Positions 45,211-50,849 of a DNA stretch of 50,849 nucleotides are shown here, in pieces; position 1 is the stretch's first letter, and every line of letters starts with the position of its first letter. Made by a program: the position numbers and the translations under genes. The stretch comes from Dermatophilaceae bacterium. GTDB lineage: Bacteria; Actinomycetota; Actinomycetes; Actinomycetales; Dermatophilaceae. Location of the stretch: NCBI GenBank assembly GCA_041746935.1, contig JBGTGC010000231.1, positions 1-50,849 on the forward strand, in the 5' to 3' direction. The notes beneath the pieces were generated by a model that did not search any database, was not told the DNA's origin, and was given only the letters and a program-made list of their open reading frames with translations.

Positions 45211-45987
45211 TCATCGGACGAGGTAGCCGCCGTCGACCACGAGCACCTGACCGTTCACATAATCGCTGGCGCGTGAGGCAAGGAAGACGACGGCCCCCAT
45301 GAGATCCGAGGGATCACCCCATCGCCCGGCCGGGATGTGCTCGATGACCTTGCGGTTGCGCCCCGGGTCGGCGCGCGTCGCCGTGGTCAACGCCGTCGTG
45401 AAGTAACCGGGAGCCAGGGCGTTGACCTGGATGTTGTGCTTCGCCAGGTCATCGCAATACGCCCGGGTGAAGCCGACGATGCCAGCCTTCGTGGCGGCGT
45501 ACGCGGGGGACGTTTGCCCACCGAGGTAGGAGAAGAGGGAGGCGATATTGATGATCTTGCCGCCGCCCTGGCTCCGCATGTGTATGCCGGCGTGCCGGGC
45601 CATCTCGAAGGCGGCGGTGAGGTTGACCGCGATCATCGGGTCCCAGTGCGCGCGGTCGTATTCGTCGGGCTCTGCGCAGAGGCAGATGCCGGCCGAGTTG
45701 ACCAGGATATCGAGCCCGCCGAGCTGGTCGACGCAGTACTCAACCGCTTGGGCGCACGCACCGTCTTCGGTGAGGTCGGTGCGAAGGAAGACGTACCGCT
45801 GAGCACCGCTACTGACCAGGCCTTGTGTCGTGCCGTCGTCGTCGGCCTGCCCGGGCACCATCACGTCGGCACCGGCCCGAGCAAGCGCCACACTGAAGGC
45901 TCGACCCAGCCCGGAGTTGCCACCGGTCACCAACGCCCGCTTGCCCCGCAACGAAAACGCGGCGAGGGTGAAATTCGCGATATCCAT
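45211..45987 (-). CDS. ygcW: SDR oxidoreductase (YgcW-like, KduD-related)
   Basis: FSLRGKRALVTGGNSGLG, WDPMIAVNLTAAFE, SLFSYLGGQ.SPAY, VDGGYLVR. Start ATG 45987. Confidence 0.83.
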   Translation of the reverse strand: MDIANFTLAAFSLRGKRALVTGGNSGLGRAFSVALARAGADVMVPGQADDDGTTQGLVSSGAQRYVFLRTDLTEDGACAQAVEYCVDQLGGLDILVNSAGICLCAEPDEYDRAHWDPMIAVNLTAAFEMARHAGIHMRSQGGGKIINIASLFSYLGGQTSPAYAATKAGIVGFTRAYCDDLAKHNIQVNALAPGYFTTALTTATRADPGRNRKVIEHIPAGRWGDPSDLMGAVVFLASRASDYVNGQVLVVDGGYLVR

Positions 45988-46267
45988 GAGTACTGAGGCT
46001 ATCTCCGCGAGGCCTGGCCGAGGCGTCTGACCGCCAACCAAAATTCTGCAAGCGTATACAAAAAACTACCAACGCACGGTAGTCAAGGCGTCTCAGATAG
46101 TCGTTATCGGATTGATGCCGAACTAGCAGTCGAGGTTGACGAGGTCAAGTACACATGCTTAGTTGAATCCGCAAGGTCCTAGTGACGGCGGTCACACCCC
46201 CCACTGGGTGGTCGACGATGACGCTTGCGCTGGACCCGTCCGCAGTGCTGTCGAGACTTGGAGACCT

Positions 46268-46912
46268 ATGAACTTTGGTGACTACCTCTCGCGCAACCTC
46301 GACAATCTCCTTGAATTGGGTATCGAGCACCTTCAACTCGTCGTCATCTCGATGGTCCTCGCGATCGTGATCAGCATCCCGGCAGGCGTCATCGCCTACC
46401 GCAACACCAACGTCAGACCGCTGATTGTCAGTTCGGCCTCAGTCATGTTGACGATTCCCTCATTGGCGCTCTTCGGCCTCTTTGTGCCGATCTTCGGACT
46501 GGGCCAAGCTCCCGCGATTGCGGCACTGACGTTGTATGCCTTGCTGCCCATCATCGGCAACACCATCGCTGGCCTGGCCTCGGTCGATCCCGCGATCACC
46601 AAGTCGGCGCAGGGCATGGGGGTAGGGCAGTGGAGGCGGCTGTTCACCGTGGAGCTGCCGTTGGCCTGGCCCGTCATCCTGACCGGGGTGCGCGTGTCCA
46701 CTCAGGTCGTAATCGGTATTGCGGCCATCGCCGCCCTGGTGGGTGGCCCCGGTCTCGGGGTCGAGATCTTCCGCGGTCTGCGCTCTCTGGGATCACCTGG
46801 AGCCGAGAACCTGGTGTACGGCGGAACGCTCGCCGTGATTGTGCTTGCCCTCCTGTTCGACGCCTTCTTCATCCTTGTCCGCCGACTGACCACGTCTCGA
46901 GGTATCAGGTGA
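46268..46912 (+). CDS. Osmoprotectant (glycine betaine/choline/proline) ABC permease
   Basis: TIPSLALFG, YALLPII, SAQGMG, VELPLAWPVI, GGPGLG. ATG 46268 follows a GGAG RBS. Confidence 0.9.
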   Translation: MNFGDYLSRNLDNLLELGIEHLQLVVISMVLAIVISIPAGVIAYRNTNVRPLIVSSASVMLTIPSLALFGLFVPIFGLGQAPAIAALTLYALLPIIGNTIAGLASVDPAITKSAQGMGVGQWRRLFTVELPLAWPVILTGVRVSTQVVIGIAAIAALVGGPGLGVEIFRGLRSLGSPGAENLVYGGTLAVIVLALLFDAFFILVRRLTTSRGIR

Positions 46913-48144
46913 ACACTACCGAACCGTCCACCACCGCCCATCCGGAACCCGACGATGGCGGCGCGACCGCGCCAACCATGATCGAGTTGGATGAGCTCAG
47001 CAAGGTCTTCCCCGGCCAGGAGGTGCCGGCCGTCGACAAGTTGAACCTGTCCATTGCCACGGGCGAGATCGTGGTCTTTGTCGGCCCTTCCGGCTGCGGC
47101 AAGACCACCTCGATGGAGCTCATCAACCGACTCATCGAGCCCACCTCGGGACGGATCATCCTTGAAGGGGAGGACGTCACGAAGACCGACCCGGACCATC
47201 TGCGCCGACGCATGGGCTACGTCATCCAATCCACAGGGCTGTTCCCCCACCGCACCTTGGCCGAGAACATCGGCACCGTCCCAGGACTGGTGGGCTGGAA
47301 AAAAGACAAGATTGCAGAGCGCGTCGACGAACTGTTGGGCCTGGTCGGCATGGACCCCGAGATGTATCGAGGCCGTTACCCCAGGGAACTCTCCGGTGGG
47401 CAGCGTCAGCGGGTTGGGGTGGCTCGTGCGATGGCGGCCGATCCGCCGGTGATGCTGATGGACGAGCCGTTCGGGGCGATCGACCCGATCACTCGCGACC
47501 GGTTGCAGAACGAGTTCCTGCGCCTCCAGGCCCAGATCCAAAAGACCGTGGTCTTCGTCACGCACGACATCGACGAGGCCATCAAGATGGGCGACCGAAT
47601 CGTGGTCCTCAAGGAGCAGTCGCACATCGCCCAGTTCGCTTCTCCGGAGGAACTCCTCACCAACCCGACCGACGAGTACGTCTCAGACTTCATCGGCGCC
47701 GGTGCATCGCTGAAGCGACTCAACCTCACCCGTATCCGTGACATCGAAATGGCTACTGACGCACCTACCGGCGGCCTCGGCAGCGACCCGGTCAACTTGC
47801 TGGAGCGTCTCAACGCCTCGCCGTGGTCGGCCATGCTGCTGCTCGACGATCAGGGCCGCCCCGCGCGATGGGTCGGAGCCCAAGCCCTGCGAGACGCTGG
47901 ACGCGGCACGCTGAACCGGGCGGGGCTGCCGGCTAAGGCCACCGTCGAGCCGCAAGCAACCTTGTCCGATGCCCTCAACGAGTTGATCATCTCCAACGCG
48001 GGCTGCGCCATCGTCGTCAACGGCAGCGGCGTATATCAGGGGATCGTCGACATGGAGACGATCATGTCTTCGGTGCGCATCATGCGGGACGACAGCGCGC
48101 AGTTCTACCTGGCGCAGAAGAACTACGAGCCGGAGGCCACCTGA
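46909..48144 (+). CDS. Osmoprotectant ABC ATP-binding protein with C-terminal CBS-like region
   Basis: GPSGCGKTT, INRLIEPTSG, LSGGQRQRVG, MDEPFGAIDP, FVTHDIDEA; GTGA overlap with the upstream permease. Confidence 0.93.
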   Translation: MNTTEPSTTAHPEPDDGGATAPTMIELDELSKVFPGQEVPAVDKLNLSIATGEIVVFVGPSGCGKTTSMELINRLIEPTSGRIILEGEDVTKTDPDHLRRRMGYVIQSTGLFPHRTLAENIGTVPGLVGWKKDKIAERVDELLGLVGMDPEMYRGRYPRELSGGQRQRVGVARAMAADPPVMLMDEPFGAIDPITRDRLQNEFLRLQAQIQKTVVFVTHDIDEAIKMGDRIVVLKEQSHIAQFASPEELLTNPTDEYVSDFIGAGASLKRLNLTRIRDIEMATDAPTGGLGSDPVNLLERLNASPWSAMLLLDDQGRPARWVGAQALRDAGRGTLNRAGLPAKATVEPQATLSDALNELIISNAGCAIVVNGSGVYQGIVDMETIMSSVRIMRDDSAQFYLAQKNYEPEAT

Positions 48145-48923
48145 TGGCCATCGCGACTGTCCCGGATGCCACCCTCGTCGGTGATAGCAAGACGGCACAG
48201 TTTTGGGCGAAGGTCAGCCTAATCGGCATGCCCATCTTCATCGCGGCCGTGCTATTGGGCACGTACCTCTGGGTGAGCTCGATCGAATTGGACTCGATCG
48301 AACAACGGACGCTCACTGCAGACAGGATCTGGCAGGGTCTTCGCGAGCATCTCGCCTTGACCTTCGTCTCGACCATCCTGGTGGTGTTGATTGCCATCCC
48401 GGCCGGCATCGCGGTCACCCGCCCAGCGTTCAGCAAGGCAACGCCGATCATCCTGGGGATAGGCAACGCCGGCCAAGCCATCCCGTCGTTTGGCTTCATC
48501 ACCATCATCGTCATCTGGTTCGGGGTGGGGTTCAACTCCGTCATCATCGGCCTCGTGGCCTACTCCGCCCTCCCCATCCTTCGGAACACCATGGTCGGGT
48601 TGCAACAAGTCGACGAAAACGTGATCAAGGCCGCGCGCGGCATGGGACTGTCAGCCCGACAGATCCTGGTCCGAGTGGAGTTGCCCCTCGCCGTGCCGGT
48701 CATGCTCGCCGGGATCCGCACTGCCCTCATCATCAACGTCGGCACGGCCTCGCTCGCCACCTTCTACGCCGCCGGTGGCCTCGGCTATTTCATCGTGCAA
48801 GGCATCGGGCTCAACCGAGACGCGATCCTCATCACCGGCGTGGTGATGGTTGCCTCGCTGGCCCTGCTCATCGACTATCTCGCCTCGGTCCTTGGTCGTG
48901 CGGCTTCACCCAAGGGCCTGTAG
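48144..48923 (+). CDS. Osmoprotectant ABC permease
   Basis: QAIPSFG, LPILRNT, AARGMG, VELPLAVPVMLAGIR, AGGLG. Confidence 0.92.
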   Translation: MAIATVPDATLVGDSKTAQFWAKVSLIGMPIFIAAVLLGTYLWVSSIELDSIEQRTLTADRIWQGLREHLALTFVSTILVVLIAIPAGIAVTRPAFSKATPIILGIGNAGQAIPSFGFITIIVIWFGVGFNSVIIGLVAYSALPILRNTMVGLQQVDENVIKAARGMGLSARQILVRVELPLAVPVMLAGIRTALIINVGTASLATFYAAGGLGYFIVQGIGLNRDAILITGVVMVASLALLIDYLASVLGRAASPKGL

Positions 48924-48970
48924 AACTTCACGCCGTACCGCACACACCTGTGCTCAACGAAAGGAAACCC

Positions 48971-49933
48971 ATGAAGAACAGCCTGAAACTTGCGCTTGGC
49001 GCGAGTCTGAGTGTGACGATGATGCTCGCGGCTTGTGGCAGTGACGACAGTTCGAGCGGTGGCTCCGAGGAGGCTGAGGGCCTTGACGGGGCATCGATCA
49101 CCGTCGGCTCCAAAGACTTCGACGAGCAGAAGATCCTAGGCTACATCGCCGTCGTTGCGCTGGAAGACGCGGGCGCAGACGTCACCGACGAGATCAACAC
49201 CGGCGGCACGGACGTGACCCGTGCCGCCCTGCTCGGTGGAAACATCGATATGTACTGGGAATACAACGGCACAGCGTGGATTTCCTTCTTCGGCGAAACC
49301 GACCCTATCCCGGACCGAATCGAGCAGTACGAGGCCGTCCGTGATCGGGAGTTGGAGGAGGAAGGGCTCGTGTGGCTGGAGCCAGCCAATTTCAACAACA
49401 CCTACGGCATCGCCTTCCCGACCGAAGCGGCGGATGATCTGGGCAACCCGACGACGATCAGCGACCTCGGGACCTTGATCGAAGAGGATCCCGACGCGGC
49501 CACGCTGTGTGTGGAGAATGAGTTCTCCGCGCGCGACGACGGCCTGCCGGGTATGGAAGCGGCCTACGGGTTCGAATTCCCCGACGGTAACGTCTCCATC
49601 CTGGACACCGCCTTGGTCTACACCCAGGCCGATAAACGTGATCCCTGCAACTTCGGTGAGGTCTTCACCACTGATGGCCGCATCTCCGGTCTAGACCTGA
49701 CCGTGCTGGAGGACGACGAGGGATTTTTCCCGCTCTATAACCCGAGCCCGGTCTTCCGCAAGGAGGTCTACGACGAGTACGGCGACAGCCTCGACGAGCT
49801 GTTCAACCCGATCTCCGAGGCCCTGACCGACGAGGAGATGACCCAGCTCAACGAAGAGGTCTCGGTCAACCTGGGGCAGCCCGAGCAGGTGGCCGAGGAC
49901 TGGCTGGAGGAGCAGGGTCTGCTTGACGGCTGA
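48971..49933 (+). CDS. Osmoprotectant ABC substrate-binding lipoprotein (OpuC/OsmF-type)
   Basis: AAGGA RBS, LAAC lipobox, VGSKDFDEQ, YWEYNGT, FNNTY, VFTTDGRI, LEDD.GFFP.Y. Confidence 0.92.
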   Translation: MKNSLKLALGASLSVTMMLAACGSDDSSSGGSEEAEGLDGASITVGSKDFDEQKILGYIAVVALEDAGADVTDEINTGGTDVTRAALLGGNIDMYWEYNGTAWISFFGETDPIPDRIEQYEAVRDRELEEEGLVWLEPANFNNTYGIAFPTEAADDLGNPTTISDLGTLIEEDPDAATLCVENEFSARDDGLPGMEAAYGFEFPDGNVSILDTALVYTQADKRDPCNFGEVFTTDGRISGLDLTVLEDDEGFFPLYNPSPVFRKEVYDEYGDSLDELFNPISEALTDEEMTQLNEEVSVNLGQPEQVAEDWLEEQGLLDG

Positions 49934-49948
49934 CCTGCCGTAATCAAC

Positions 49949-49995
49949 CGCAAAGGGGCCGGATCTTCGCAGTGCGAAGATCCGGCCCCTTTGCG
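49949..49995. terminator. Intrinsic terminator-like perfect hairpin
   Basis: 22-bp perfect stem cgcaaaggggccggatcttcgc-agt-gcgaagatccggcccctttgcg just after the ABC operon. Confidence 0.8.
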
Positions 49996-50067
49996 ATGTA
50001 TCAGGCAGCGATCTCGGGGTTCTCAGGGTCTGTCACCCCTCGCCGATGCACACCAAGGATCGACACC

Positions 50068-50793
50068 ATGTTCATTGCCAAGATGGCTCCCAGCCCTGCG
50101 CCGCCCTCCCTTCCCGACGATGCTGTCGAAGCCGACCTGAGGGCGTACCGCGAGCCCGGCTATGAGTTCGATGTCTCTGAGTTGATGGCGGCCCAGCGTG
50201 ATCTTGAGGCGGTGCGCCCCGACGGCGATGGGGTGCGTTGGGTCTACACCCCCGGCAGCGTGTCGTTCCACGCCAGTCACAACATCGACGCGCCCTACAA
50301 CACCTTCGTGGAGGCCGTCGACATTGCCGCCGTGGGCACGATGTTCCGAGCGGTTCGAGATTGCAAGACCGAAGTCATCCAGCGAGACCTCAATGGTCGA
50401 TCCCGACTCCAGATCGAGCGGATGGCCGTGCTGGCCCAACCAAGCCACTCGGCATACATGGCCAAGCGGAATCTCGTCTACACCCTTGAGCGGATGGACT
50501 ACACAACCCACGAGCAGCGTGCGTGGATGCGCACCGTGCATGGACCCGCCACGGGGAGGGTCTGCGAAGACGGATACCTGGCCATCCGGCGGCGGGTTGA
50601 CGGTGGCACGCGGGTCGCGCTGCTCACCCGCCAGCAGTTCCCTGTCTCCTCGCTGCTCATGCTCTCCGGACTGGACCGGTGGAGTTGGCTGAAGAACCGG
50701 CTGAGCGTCAATGCGTTCCGCTGCTTCTTCTTGCGCACGATGTCCACCATCGAAGCCGGGTATGCCGGCCCGCAACTGAGGCTCGGAGCCTAG
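50068..50793 (+). CDS. Hypothetical protein
   Basis: AAGGA RBS before ATG 50068; 241-aa open frame with GC-rich third positions; no recognised motif. Confidence 0.6.
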   Translation: MFIAKMAPSPAPPSLPDDAVEADLRAYREPGYEFDVSELMAAQRDLEAVRPDGDGVRWVYTPGSVSFHASHNIDAPYNTFVEAVDIAAVGTMFRAVRDCKTEVIQRDLNGRSRLQIERMAVLAQPSHSAYMAKRNLVYTLERMDYTTHEQRAWMRTVHGPATGRVCEDGYLAIRRRVDGGTRVALLTRQQFPVSSLLMLSGLDRWSWLKNRLSVNAFRCFFLRTMSTIEAGYAGPQLRLGA

Positions 50794-50849
50794 AGAACCC
50801 GACCCGGGTCATCTGGATTGCCAGGGGGATCAGTCGTCGGCGAGTGGTT

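Noticed and set aside
35-47625. Long antisense ORFs (e.g. 35-1033, 1818-3137, 16139-17290, 22454-23674, 38063-39388, 43797-44981, 46702-47625)
   Set aside because: They are shadow frames of well-supported genes, typical of high-GC codon bias, and carry no family motifs.
48203-48970. 256-aa N-terminal extension of the substrate-binding protein given by the ORF track
   Set aside because: It overlaps the permease in another frame. The real start is ATG 48971, with an RBS and lipoprotein signal. Similar over-extensions were trimmed for fdhD, moaA, vapB #2, yczR and the ABC ATPase.
49949-49995. Perfect 22-bp inverted repeat as a MITE or IS end
   Set aside because: It has a 3-nt loop, lies right after an operon and has no target-site duplication; a terminator explains it.

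Overview
A high-GC actinobacterial chromosomal segment (probably Micrococcales-type; this is inferred from gene content) with about 50 genes. I found no rRNA, tRNA, CRISPR array, transposase or integrase. Left to right: pfkA; vapBC #1; ilvA; a DinB/DUF664 pseudogene; a sugar ABC transporter; an M50 peptidase/DUF3817/enoyl-reductase-like operon; a molybdenum-cofactor cluster (fdhD, moaA, moaD, moeB) interrupted by vapBC #2 and a deleted vapBC #3; a GH13 glucan enzyme; an aldo/keto reductase with two DUF202 genes; a YczR-type MocR regulator; a frameshifted OmpR-type regulator; a DEAD-box helicase; several hydrolases; phosphoketolase; a TetR gene plus a general-stress-type gene cluster (YtxH-like, holin-like, DUF3618, YihY, PRC/DUF2382); a Lys1-type saccharopine dehydrogenase; a CtlX-like amidinotransferase; AbrB-VapC #4; gltS; yczE; a ygcW/ygcU/ygcE-like operon; and an osmoprotectant ABC transporter. 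The best leads are non-coding: (1) a shared GTTTAC-N3-GTAAAC palindrome in front of two stress-cluster units next to the TetR gene; (2) matching ATTGGCC-N11 inverted repeats linking yczR and yczE about 20 kb apart; (3) two inverted copies of a 66-bp palindromic repeat; (4) a leader with partial c-di-AMP-riboswitch-like architecture before the osmoprotectant operon. The uncharacterised ygcWUE-like pathway with a LacI-type box is also notable. All family calls come from motif recognition by eye; no database searches were run.
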